The position numbers and the translations under genes were made by a program. The notes under the pieces are model-generated. The model had not been told where the DNA came from. It searched no databases and saw only the letters and a program-made list of their open reading frames with translations. 64,000 nt of DNA from Phoronis australis (lineage: Eukaryota > Animalia > Phoronida): assembly GCA_002633005.1 (NCBI GenBank), contig NMRA01000350.1, forward strand, positions 69,642 through 133,641, read 5' to 3'. Each line of letters begins with the position of its first letter. Position 1 is the stretch's first letter. Positions 1 through 13,290 of this stretch are shown in pieces.

Positions 1-749
1 CTTTAATTCTATACTTGAGGGTCTAATCTTTCCAATTTAAGAGGCATTAAGTTAATGTCGCATTACGGCTCACGCCCATACAATTATGAATTCCTTGATC
101 CATGATGGCATTTTCCCCGAGTTTCAGAGAACTTTCCAGCAGATATTTGTACCCCACCCAGTTGCTTCTGGTCTCCAGGCATCTCGATGTAAGTTGAGTG
201 TGGCGGATGTACATGATGGCCGTACGTGACGGACGTATGCTCTGAATTTCTAGTATTAAATTGTTTGTTGTGACTAAGATATCAATTCAGAATAATTCAA
301 ACTTTTGCAGTACTTAAGCTATATTGGTCTTTTGCTACTGATTCAATGTTTTTAATCAAAATGCGCCAATTGACCTGTTGGACGAAATCATCAAGTAAGC
401 CTATACTGGGAATGTTCTCTATGATTTTACTTTTTCAATACATTTGATTAAAGATATAAAATAACCAGTTTGTATTTGACACCTGCTGGTTATCAGGAAA
501 ACTGTTTTTATGCATTAAGTAGTAATATACTACTAAACTTATCAGATACTCAGTCTTTATTGAGCCACTAGTATGATTAGCTTTTCATCGAGCTTTTTAA
601 CTCATTTCTTCTTTTCAATTCTTAAGATAGGCATTCGATAATGTTACATCACGGTTCACGCCAGTATTGAATTGATCCACAGTGGCATTTTTAGAGTTTC
701 AGAGAATATTCTGGCAGATGTTTATTCTTCTCCCAGTGTCATTCTGAAG

Positions 750-1901
750 TATATGTAAAAAAAATAAAATTGCCACTAAGGAGCACATCGGTAGTCAGAT
801 CCGTTCGAAAGTCGTGGTCGTCCGTTATCAATACTGATATAAATACACTTGCTAAATTTAGTAAAGGTCCTGCAAACGGCTTAGGAGATACAGCCATGGG
901 CGCAAAAAAAACTGCCACTAGAAGGCACTACAATAATAGAAGTCGTCGGAAAATCATCATGAGCTGTCTTCTTCATAGTAAGAACGTACATGCCAATTTT
1001 CACAATCATCCTTAGAATGGTTTGGTTGATCATAGAGAGGTGGACGCCAAAAACAGACTGTAAAACACTTAAAATGGCCACTTGGTGGCGCAAACTACAA
1101 TGAATCCATCCGAAAACGGAAGGATAGCGTCATCTCACTAACATGTGTCTGTCTATATGCCAAATTTTATGAAAATCCCTTGAGGACCTTTGAATATACG
1201 GAGATAATAAACTAAAATTGCCATTGGGGGCACACCGGGTGGTCTGATCCATCCGAAAGTTGGCGTTGTCTGTGGTCAACATCATACAAATACACTTGCT
1301 AAATTTAATACCAATCCTGTAAACATGCAGTTAAGAGATACAGCCATTGGTGCAAAACAAAACAAAACAAAATTGTCACTAGGAGGCGCCACAGCTAGTC
1401 AAAGTCGTTGGAAAATCATCACGAGCCGACCTCTTCATGGTAAAAATATACATGCCAATTTTCACAATCAGCCCCAGAGCGGTTTGGTTGACAGAGGTGT
1501 GGACACCAAAAAACACGACTTGAAATAGTAAAAATGGCCACTAGGTGACGCAAACTACGTCGAATCCATCCGAAAACAGGAGGATAGAGTCATCTCACTA
1601 ATAGATGCCTATATACCAATTTTTTTTGAGAATTCATCGGGAACATTTGAAGATACAGAGGTAAATGTAAAAAAACTAAAATTGCCACTAGGGGGGAAAC
1701 CAGTCGTTGGATTCGTCCGAAAGTAGTTCGCTCATGCCATCCCATCCATGAAAAGAACACATGTGCAAACAGTCATGAACTATACGTCAAAAGCTTTTGG
1801 AGATAGAGCAGCGGATGCCGGACACCAAACGGACAGATGCGGAACAGACGGACGGACCGAGATGACGGCATAATACGTCCCCATATGAAGTGCATAAAAA
1901 A
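750..1901 (-). mobile_element. Helentron/HINE-like non-autonomous repeat with internal ~450-bp tandem units
   Basis: AAAATTGCCA unit starts at about 766, 1214 and 1678; (GGAC/AGAC)n tract near 1830-1860; homologous to 59847-60570 in the opposite orientation. Confidence 0.6.
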
Positions 1902-2295
1902 GCAAGTAGTGTAGTTAAAATCTCTCCTAGAGCCAATACTTCATAGCTCTCAAACTTCAGGGTTAAGATAAACATTTGCCCAAACCTATCCTTCACTAAG
2001 TCGCATAGCTGAATGCAACAATGTTGCCAATACACCCTCTGGTGTCAGCGAAGGTGAACAGGCAATGATTGATGATCGTTTAATGGAAATGTTCAACAAA
2101 CTTACATTTCGATTGATAAAATAAAGTGTACTAAACAATGCATGCAAACAGGTAAGAATGAATACTAGATTGGATACTGGCAAAACTGTAATTATTTCGC
2201 TTTGCAGTTGTTTGTCTTGTTATTGAAAGTATGACCGTTGCCGTAACAAAACATACCTATCACCAGATGATTTATAGCATTTGACAGTAGTAATA

Positions 2296-2492
2296 TGCGA
2301 GCACCCAGGGGGGCTCGGGGTCCGAACGAGCCTCCCACATTTGGCGAAGCAGGCAAAAAAGTCCGCCTAAGAGAAACAAAAACTCCGAATGCACAATTCA
2401 TAGCTCTGATCACCCTGTTCATCTTAATATGAAAGGCCTGCAGCCATTCTCAAAAATTCGAGCCCCCCCATTTTTTAGACTGGGTGCGCGTA
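2296..2492. mobile_element. MITE with ATGCGCGCACCCAG-like ends; related copies near 11059-11100 and 47411-47860
   Basis: atgcgagcacccag...ctgggtgcgcgtat inverted termini; shared ggggctcgaatttttgagaatg block. Confidence 0.55.
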
Positions 2493-2669
2493 TATGGGAA
2501 ATACGACCAGTTCCTTGAATGGGAGTATATCAAACATTATATCAACAATATCTGATCAAATTAAATCAATGACACATGCAAAGATGTTGCAATATTATTT
2601 TCTGACTTGTCAACTAAATGCATGTCATTCATGTTGTGCCGGAACTTGGAATCCTGCTTAATCTCAAGA

Positions 2670-3105
2670 TAGTGTATGCATGAACTTGCAATCCTGCTTA
2701 CAGGTAATCTCAATATCACGTATGCGTGAACTTGGAACTGAATATTCATTAAGCCAATCAGGTGAATTTTTTCTGTTCATTGTACAGAATATTTGCAGTT
2801 ATTGGACTCACGATCTCCAAGTTTCTCCAAAACACTGTAACTCGTGTCACAGAATCAGAGGAATATTTGAATGGTAATTAACTTTTGTTTGGTGAATAAG
2901 ATCACCAACAGTTGACAACCTGTTGGACAAAATTCATATTGTTTTATTAACATGTAATTTGTTTACAGTGCAGTACAAATTTTGTGAACTGAGATCACCT
3001 CAGACATGAACATGGAACTTTCCAAGTTTCATCCATGGTGTAGTCCAAATTCACGTATGCATACATGATGTTGAGAATAAGCAGGATTCCAAGCTCATGC
3101 ACAGT
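2670..3105. mobile_element. Foldback/MITE-like element with ~60-bp degenerate inverted arms; paralog at about 7160-7555
   Basis: tgcatgaacttgcaatcctgctta...taagcaggattccaagctcatgca; internal block ttttattaacatgtaatttg shared with about 7405. Confidence 0.55.
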
Positions 3106-3533
3106 AATTCCAGCCTCCAGGTGATTGCAAACCCACTCAACAGGTGACACTAATTTGCAATGTACATGATAGCTAGGTTTCCTCAAAGAAGCTGCGAAAA
3201 CTATTGTTTTAAGACAGAACAACTGTTGGCAATAACAACTTTACATGTACAATTCTTAACGAAAATGCCAGCAATAACTGACCAAGACTCTAAATCAGTG
3301 GTATCAATTTCCTTGAGATGATACTTCCAGCCAACCTTCAACACAATCAAGTCTGATTTCGCTTCAGTCGACTTTATCATCAAGTTTGAGAATGTTATTT
3401 CAGGAACTGTATGAAACTGAACCACATCAGGCATGAGCCACTACAGGTCAACACTCCTCAGGCAAGCAATTAAGATCCCTTCAGAACAAAAATAAAATTG
3501 TTTGATTTTAAGAACAAACACTTACTTAAGGGA

Positions 3534-3594
3534 TATTTGCATTGATTTCATTGAATATATAACATAGAGTTATTCAATGAAATCAATGCAAATA
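3534..3594. repeat. Perfect 24-bp inverted repeat with 13-nt spacer
   Basis: tatttgcattgatttcattgaata / tattcaatgaaatcaatgcaaata. Confidence 0.85.
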
Positions 3595-4379
3595 GTCTCG
3601 GGAAATCTCTAGAGTTGAGCTGCAGCACTAAGGTCCTCTATATATCTGATTTTCAGAACATTTTTCACTCAAATTATCGCCACCTCTGGCGATAATCGGT
3701 TGATAAGTTACCCCACGCGGTTTAGGCCTACCTGCTAAAATGTTGGTGGACAATCGGCGTAGGCGCAACACGGTGAGCCAAACCGACAAGATTTAGTATG
3801 CTGACGTTAAGTAAACTTGTCCTCACGATACTTACGCCGTGTCTAATTGTTTTGGCATCTTAGTATTGGACTTGCAATCTCATCCACCCGGGACACCAAC
3901 TGACCTCAAAAGCGTGAACCCGGAGTTTATTTCCGTGTTGTTTTTTTCTTCACCTTCAGAAGGCGCTTTCGTATCTTGCGGGACTCATCGAGGTGCGCGA
4001 AAGTCGGTGCGCTTAGGTGGTTAGGGGAAGCCAAAGCGGAAATACTTTCTAGTGCACATATTTTTTATTCAAGAAATAAAATCTATGCACGCGTCCAAAA
4101 ACAACTCAAAATAGAATTTATGGTGTCAGGACCTATAATTATCACGTCTTAGCTGACCGTGAGAGCCAAAATTTAACGGTGAGGACTCAGTAGTCAAAAC
4201 CGAGAAGCGGCTCCTAAGACAACTAATGAGGAAATTCATCACGCTGTGTCTCTGAATACCCATATCAGCCATTTTCAAGTACTCTAATGTCCAAGTGTAC
4301 ATTAATGGGCTTCTATTGTAAAGCTTGCCTGCCGGAGAATAAAGTCAACATCACCATTGTCATAAGTGTGACTAACACT

Positions 4380-6804
4380 CAGTGGCGGATCCGATCCGTC
4401 TACGGAGGGGGTTCAGAGGGTTTAAACCCCCCCTCGGGCCAGGACCCAAAAATTAAGAAAACAAAAGCGTCTTAAGCAAAACAAAAACGGCACCGCCAGC
4501 GTGTGTAAACCCCAAGTAAACCAACTTGGAAAAAAATGAGAGGGGTGTTGACTCTGAAAATATAGTTTTTTGCATTGTGAAGTTGCTGAGTCTTTGTGGC
4601 TCATCGGCAAAACGCGCGGGGATTTATTGTGCGCGTGCTTCCGTCGACACCTCTGAAGTAGCCAAGCATTTTAGATGGATTCACCGCCGAAAGAGCAGTT
4701 CTATAGCTGATTTCTTTAGGTAACTAGCTTCTTTACTCTAAGATATGTTTAGGGGAAATACTGCGGTGCCGCAACCCTGATATTCAGGCGAATTAACGTG
4801 CAACGTTTTTACCTCATCTGTCATGCCGTGTCATTCGATTACACTCCACACGTCTGTAACTGATGTATAGTAAAGTTGTTTTGCGCAATATCACACAGTG
4901 TACATGTACATATACATGTAATATTGTGCACATGTACATGTAATATTGTGTACATGTACATGTAATATTTTTGAAAAAAAATCTTTTTCCGAAGAATTGC
5001 TATTGTGGCGGGCGCCGTTGTCTGGTCGCGAGTCCGTTTGAAGACACACTCTATAACAAGTTATGTCTATACAGGAATGACCAAGGGGGCACTCACACTG
5101 AGAAAGTGACCGCATTCGCGAAAAGTGTACAGTACCAGAAATTGCGGGGAGGCTGTTCTTTCACAACAAAGTCTTCCGGGACTCGTGCGATGTTCAATAG
5201 GCCTCCTAAGGAGCCCTAGTTCCGACCTCAACACCTACCGTCTGTCTACGTGCAATAAGCACACTGCCGTCTTCTATACTGGGAATTTCCGCCGAAAGGC
5301 TCACCCGACGAAACGCTCATGCCCATGGGCATTTATTTGATATTAGTACTTCGGGTTTCAAGCGTTCAGACATTGGGACGTTTATTTCGAAAATTGCAAC
5401 AAATGCAAATAGGTCCTAAGACGCTACGTCAAGGTTTGAAGTAGTCCATGGTGAACGGATCAAATTTAGTTGCGTATGTAAGTCTTTCGAATGGACTTGC
5501 CAACCTCAAGGGTCTGCGAAACGAGATGCTGACATTGTAGAGGCTTACAAGCTCATTGACACAGCAGTTGACAAAGTGCAAGCGTTGGGAACAAACATCG
5601 AAGATATCTGGCTAGAATGGTTCCAAGACGAGCAAATCATTGAATCCGATATACAAATTCCTCGACAGTCTAGACAACAGAAGGATAGGACTAACGTATG
5701 AGTAACCACTGGGGATTAAAATTTTAGAGAGAAGTTTTCAATTCAAAATTTTTTGCATAGCACACTTTAGGTCTCACGACGGACCAGGCCAGCTTCATTT
5801 GTGTAGATGTTGAGTTTCAGTGTACTTCTGGTCCCTCGGCGAACTAGTCTTGTGATTTTTTTACCAAAGTGTGCTTTGTAAAACTATTTATCTCAGCCAG
5901 TACTGTTTGGTCCCGCGACAGATCGACTATTTTTATAGGGATAATAAGCACAGGTGTACTCTTGGTCTCGTGACGGACCAGGTCAGCTTTTTGTGTACTT
6001 TCAGTGTACATCTGGTCCCTCTGCAAACTAGTCCGGTGTATCTTTTCACCACTGTGCACAGGATGTTTTGGTTTCGTGAAACTGTTTTCAGATGATTTGT
6101 TTCCTGATAGATTTGACGTTTTTCAATTGTTGTCAACGTGATTCAGCTTAATAAAGTGATACCTAATTATTTATTGTCGCTTTTAATAATAGACTATGAG
6201 TTGAGAGCACCATCGTTCGCTAGTTTTTCTCGTAACGAGACAGAACACATGTTTATTTCCGGACTAACAGTAGAGGTCTTCGTTCTTAAACAACTTGAGG
6301 CTGCTGTTACGCGATCATCTGATATTCAAGTTTTTACGCCCCGTCGGTGCTCTTTAATTATGCTCTTGAATATTTGGAAATTGTCTAAACCCCTGTATAC
6401 ACACCACACTTTTTCGTATACGACTTTTCGTATGCTAAAAAAGGTGTTTTCGTATGCTAAAAAAGGTGTGTGTAAGCAGATGTTCCAACAAATTTTTTTT
6501 CTGGTGGCGTGACTCATACCCAGATGTGCACAATATGGTTTCACGAAACTTATGTGCCAAGTTCATGTGACAAAATCGAGAAGAGTTTTTAATTATCTTA
6601 AGAAAAACTCCAGAGACATGTTAAGTGCCAGAAACTTACCAGGATGCATGGAAATTTCACTATTTCGCTACAAAAACAAAAAAATGTCTTACACGGGAGG
6701 GGAAACCCCCCTCCCAACCTCCCCCCGCTCGGCGCCACGCGCCTACGATTCGACCTTGGCGGGAATCCTAAGCCCCCCTTGCTGAAAACGTAGATCCGCC
6801 ACTG
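4380..6804 (+). mobile_element. Decayed hAT-type DNA transposon
   Basis: Terminal inverted repeats CAGTGGCGGATC / GATCCGCCACTG. An internal stop-containing fragment at about 5522-5745 reads RDADIVEAYKLID...IPRQSRQQKDRTNV, resembling THAP12/ZMYM1-like hAT transposases (by recall). Confidence 0.65.
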
Positions 6805-9800
6805 AACACGATTCATTGCACGCTTTCAAATTACACACTGGTACCGAAGTTAACCGAGTTACAAGGGTATGCATGTGGATGGACGTGTTCCGGCTCCTGG
6901 TATGAAACTTTCATGAGATAAAGTTTCAGTCCTAATGTATTGAATTTTTGGTCATAGCGTCCCCTAGTCGATGACAGAATGACACCGTAGCCGGGCCAGG
7001 GATGCGAACGTTTGCCATTTCAGAAAGTATAAAGAAGCTCCGAGTGGGGCAATTAACGCACAGTGCGTTTTAAGAGCCCATAGCGCCTAAAACTATGAAG
7101 CACACTTTGCCGCACGCGCCAGTGCACACTTTACTCAACTCTGTCACCGTTTTAGGCTCATGTGTGCATGAACTCAGTTGGATTCCTGCTTACTCTCAAG
7201 ATCGCGGATATTGGAATTATCAGTTCATTTGGGCACTCAGGTGAACTTTTGTTCAGTGTACGGAACTTTTGTAATTATAGATCTCGTGATCACCTATTTT
7301 CTCTTTTATCCTATTTTGTGTCAATCGGAGGAATGTGTAGATGGTTAAACCAATTATTGTTCGCAAATAAGATCGCCAATAGTTGAAAAAAGATTAAATT
7401 TTTTGTTTTATTAACATGTAATTTGATTTAAAGCAGTGCACATTTCATCAACATGAACGTGATTATTTGAGTGAACTTCTCAAGTTTCCTCGTTTATTCC
7501 AAGTTCGCGCATTCGCGACCTTGAAATTCAGCAAGATTCCATAAGTTCACGCACAGCAGCTCACAGACAATGTGTAACAGGGCTGGTAGACGGCGCTTCA
7601 GAACTAGTTCAATATTTTGTTGGCCTTTTTTGTATTGTCTAGCATAAACGTGCCACTGATATTGAGAACATTCATCTTTAACATTTCCTCTCGGTGTTGT
7701 CATAACGTATAAAAGCTGTAAAAAGATTTTGCGTGTCCTTACCCGAAATTACCAGTCTGACAGTACATTTACAATTAGAAATGACACAAAAATATGCCTA
7801 ATGTTCACAAGTTTGTAACAGCTACTCATGGGTAATGCTGAAAAATTAATTGAGTATACAAATTTTGTGTATGACAACTTTTCTGGGAAATGGGAAAATT
7901 GCATTGTTCACGTTAAATCCGTGTAGCAGTTGTTTTACTTAATAAGAGACTGGTCTCTCCTGAGGTGTGCACGTGTATACATGGATGAGGATGCTTTTGT
8001 TTTCATTTTTGAACTTGTTTATGTAAACAAATATCACTGGTAACTGTTGGTTTTGAATACGCATGCTTTACACAAATTGGAAACCAAAGGGAAATGGCAA
8101 GAGAACAGAATGGTGGCGACACTGTTAAAAAACATATACTTAACGTTTGCTTTTAACTCCAGACGACAGCATAACAACAACAAAAAATACAGGAAATACG
8201 ACCAAAATCTATTAATTCATGGACATGCATAATTTTGGACTATTATCAACGAATTATTATCACACGAGGCATTTCCCGTATTATTACCCGTAAATCGGAA
8301 CGATTCCTTAATTGTTGCGCGTTTTAGGAACCCACAAACTTGCCTGAGCAGTATGTGGATTTACCCTGGTTTTGCTTGTCATCCACATATAGCGCAAATC
8401 AACATAACGCGCAGAACAGTGACAAGACCCAAACAACCCTAACTTGGAGCGTAAGTTGTGGTTGGGGGTGGGTTATAGACGGTGACCTTAACCAATAATT
8501 GTCTATTATGTCGGGCAACTGGAGATAAAGCATGACGAAGTAAGACAAAATTGGACAGTGAAGTCCATTTGAATAGGTATTCGAAATTTGTGTTTTGAAA
8601 AAAAAAGCAGTTTCACAATCATGCAGACTCTTAATTCGTAGATAATTAATTTGCGCTACAGTTTGACAGCAGGTTTTCTTGACATTTTCAAATATTGTCG
8701 TCTTTCTGGACAATGAAACTTTTTCATGTGGCATGCGTTTGCGTAAAAATGAAAGATGTACTATTTCGCTCGAGAGATTCAGGGCCGCGTTATTGCGGTA
8801 TACTTTTAGTCTGGTTCCACACTCTCAAGATTTGCTTGCTAACTTGGTTCAACTCTCATCAATAACCGAATGCTGTGAGATAGTGAACCATTTAGGAACT
8901 GAATATCAGATGTATATGGCATAGTTCAATTTGCCGGTAAATCATTTTACACTGGTAGAAAATTTTACAAACTGAGAATCGAAACGTTTAACACGACCTG
9001 TAAATTTTGACGAAGTGTATAACCAATCAATTGTTGAGGTCACCTGCAGTGGTAAAAAGATCGCCACAGGTCAACGACGGATGAGCGATAAATGAATGAC
9101 TAGATACATTTGTAAAACGCTAAGCTGATACCATGGTATACACACATAATTGTAGAAAGTATGCCCAATGTTTTGGGCAGAAAAAAGGAACAGAAATTGA
9201 AAAACAAATCTCACGTGAATAATGTAATATTATAAGCAGCTATATATGTTGGTTACTAGGACTAAAATTAATTTGAAAAGTTAGACGTGTTATCGTAGCG
9301 CTGTTGAAACGCTCTTTCAAACTGTCTGTTTTGTGTGCCTGTAAAAAGCAATGCATTGCGATTTTCAGTAACTTGAATTGACTGCTATCGAAACGCGTGC
9401 AAATGAAGACATAAAGATCTTATAGAAAATTGTGTCGACATTTTCTAGACGTTAGATTTTATTTTGATAAGAAATTGGACCATGGGTACCATGTGTTGCT
9501 GTGCCGAGACCTCAGGGTCTTCATTTTTTCTTCAAAACCTGACATCTTTTTGTTGTTTCTCGCATACTAGTAAAATTTCAGTTCCCGGGGCTTATTTTTT
9601 ACTCGAAATTGGAATTATTCTTTCTATTCTATTCTAAAATGTAACGTAACCCAAGATATGAGTTTATTCTTGTGCATTGAGTGTACTATAGATTACTCGT
9701 AGGTCACTTAGTAATTCTATTTTGAGACTGATGACCCCTGAATTAAAGCTTTAGGTTCAGTCCAATCTGAATTCGAAACCTCGAGTTTTTACTCGAGTTT

Positions 9801-12489
9801 AGAAGTTACGAAGTGCAAATTTGGACTATGCAATTTGTGTAATACATAATATACTCGAGCACAGAATTATCTGGATTTCAAATTTCCAAACTGTTCTGAA
9901 GTTTGATTTCAAGCTGGGACCGCATCCAGTGCAGCCAGACGATCTGTGTGCAACTTTCTAGTCCAGTTTTCAATTTGAAATTGAATAGTGAAACCTGAAA
10001 TATTGAATAAATCTGAAAATTGTAATTCAATTCAATCTAAATTTCAAAATGAAAATTGGAAATCGAAACAAGGATACGATCTTAAATATTATGTATCAGT
10101 TTAAGGTTTCGTAATTCATTCGAATTGAATGGTGTAACTGGAAACTGACTCAATTCGTCGACCCCTACAGCAAAAAGTCGAACATTTTTTCTTCATCCCG
10201 TACAATTGGTTGTTCAGGATCACGATCGTAGTGATTAGCATATCTGTAGCTGACAAAAAGAAATTCCTCAGCTGCGGCTTCTGAGAAGTCGTCGTTATTC
10301 TTCCTTGTGGATGAATTAACGGATGTGACATTACCTGACGGGGAAGTAACCTGGCTGCAGACGGAATCTGCATGGCCGAGTGTTTGTACAGCCTACTAAG
10401 TTAGTTCAACCAGCGGCTTTATTTGCCGCTCAGAGATGTACAGTGTGCTGGAATTCACCTCCAAATTACGTTACTGTGAGAGTTCACAAGGATCTTACGG
10501 GCAGTTACCTCAAGCAGCCTCAACCTCAACCCCATGGGACCTTTAATTCAAAAACAGGAATATCATGATGATCCTTCAGGCCAGAATTAAAATTTTCTCC
10601 TATTACCGGAACCGTTTTCGTCAGCTGAATGAGGAACTATAATTCCGACAATACTACGGCACGTTCATTTTACAAAATAACGATGCCATAATTAGAAAAG
10701 ATGGACGTCGGTGGACATTATCATTCTTCCAGGAAGAATTACTAGATGCGAAATGATATTAATCACAAACCCCGGTGGTTACTGTAAAATAACTTTCGCG
10801 GCTGGTTTCCGATGTGCTGTTCCAACTGGTCGCCCTCTGTCGATGTTCACACAAGAGAGCTGACCCTCAGTGGCATTTTCACGAAAGACGTCGCTCTAGT
10901 CGGCTGGCGACTGGTAATGCACACCATAGACTGTTGTCTATAATCTATGTGCACACCAATGAAACAAATATAGTATAATGGCTCATTGCAACGGCGGATC
11001 TAGGAAGCATAAATGGGTTGGACATTTTGTCTCGGACAATTGCGCAAACCACGACTGTATGCGCGCACCCAGCCTGAAAGATAGGGGGCTCGAGTTTTTG
11101 GACCTTCTAAAAAATAGAAAACGGGGGAAAACGATTCCACAGGTTGTCTGAGCCGCTCCCCCCTCAGCCACATGTTAATTGCCAGGGTTAATTATTGAAC
11201 TCAATATTTTCTCACGTTCTTGCTGTTTTATTTTTTTGCGGCAGCCAAGGGGGTGGACCCCTGCCCCCCTAATTCCGCCTATGCATTGATCCACCGCACA
11301 GTGTTGGCTCACGTAGTACGTCCGTGGATCATGAGTCAAGCCGCTAAACCTCAATGACTACTCCGATGGTCTTCAAAGAGAGGTGTAACGCACTAACGGA
11401 CACCCTACCGCTCAGCGGGCCCGCTGTCTCAAAATGAGTGGCCCTTGTCACTTCCCAGCCAGTTCTGAACCAAAATAACGGTCTGTATCCCTCGACAACC
11501 CTCAAAAGCTTGACGGAGCAAAATTTAAAAACTTGCAACGCAAGCGTGACCTACACGTCAGGCGAGTAACAAGACGGAAAGACAATTTCCCAAGAACCAC
11601 CCGATCTAGGTGACGTAGAAAGTATGAGCTACGTATCGTCGTTAAAATCTGCCGCAGTGAGGCCGCCAGCTAGTGCCGGGCCGGCTTCGCAGTACGGTGA
11701 CTGACAGAGTGAGCTGACGGTTAGTCGAAATCACTAAAAAAGGGGTTAGTATCCTTTAGGTAGATACTGTCTATACTGTTCAAGTTTAAAAATGGCCTTT
11801 TCCGTAAGTCCGCAAAATCTCGGTCTAGTCGCGACGTCATTGTGGAGTATGAACACTTTCATCCACTGTTGCTCTGCCGTACCGTCTGTTTGCCGAGGAT
11901 ATAGAACGCCCGCAGAATTTGTAACGCGGAGGGTATTCGAATAGCTCACACGCCTGTTGACACGCTCAGGATCGAGTGAGGCCTAGTTAAACGCACCCCG
12001 AAGACGAATCTCAGCGGGATGGTCCGGAAGTGGAGGCGTGTATAGGGGAAAGTTACTGGTTTCGTACCACTGAAAAGGTGGATGCGCCTCCCTGTACACG
12101 TACTTCAGGCTGAGCTACTGTACTTGTAGCCACGGAATCAGGAGCTATCTCGTAGCCCTTAGTGTGATTTAGAAGCACAATGATAATGCTTTAGCTGCAA
12201 AACACGGTTGTACAACTAAAGTCAAAGTCAGTACCATTCACGTGACCTATACTAACGACTATGAATATTTTACCAATCAAAGATGAAAAAGGAAACAGTG
12301 CAATCAGTCAAACCTTTTACTGGCAACATAGAAACATGTGAAAACAAACAACGTTTTGACTCGAATGCGAACCGCCTTCTTCATAAATTTGTGCTAAACC
12401 ACCACAAACATACATGTAGCAACCCATCACAAAGATAACAAAATGGTTCTGTCAATTGAACTTATGTTGCAAACTTAAACTGCCTGGTT

Positions 12490-13290
12490 TATGTAGGTTA
12501 ATCAGAGTCTCCGTCGGAATCACAATTCTGAAAAACATAAAACAATCCTCGCTGGTCCTCAGTGCATTCCGTGTGGTCCCATCGTTTACAACGAACACAT
12601 TCGAACCACTCTTCGACACGTTTTGTCCAAACATACTCGACAAAACGTGTCGTCATCTCCGCTATCAAACGAACTGACACCTTGGTAGCGGTTTCTTCTT
12701 CTGGCTTTGGACTTTTTCTGTACTTTCAGCTTTTTACTAAGCTCCTTTCGTCGCGCACCAGCTCTTCTTTCCAGTACGCTTTTATAGGAGCTGCAAGGCA
12801 TTGCATTTAATGCATTTCAGTGGTATGGAGAAAGGTAGGACACTCGTTTATTTTGTCGAGGAGCAACTGGGTTATTTAATGCTTCGCAGTGGCCAGCATC
12901 ACCGTTTCTGGTAAACTGAAGTCTGCATGGATATCGTCTCATAAGCTGTAGGTTATTTTGGCAGATTGTTTGGTTTCGCTAGTTTTATGGATGTCATGGG
13001 ATTTTGCCAAACATGATACGCAAGTTTCATAAGATCTTTTGGTGTGATACCAAAGAAAAGATTGTCCAGACCTTTTATATGTTTCTCCAAATCATCTTTT
13101 ACTTCTATAGATAAAACTCCGCGTAACTTGGTATCGTGTGCTGCCGTACTTATTCAGACCCAAGCTGTGACGGCTATAGGGATACCAAATAGCTCAGAAA
13201 CAGGGTTAAATCCCAATCCTTCTCCAACGCTTATTTTACACAGTTGTGCATATCTTCCGATGTCCACTACGACGGCGATGGCATTTTCTT
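12490..13290 (-). mobile_element. pogo/Tigger-like (Tc1/mariner) transposase remnant, internally deleted
   Basis: HTH-like GVLSIEVKDDLEKHIKGLDNLFFGITPKDLMKLAY joined to a frameshifted PHD-like tail DDDTFCRVC/EEWFECVRCKRWDHTECT; no DDE core seen. Confidence 0.6.
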
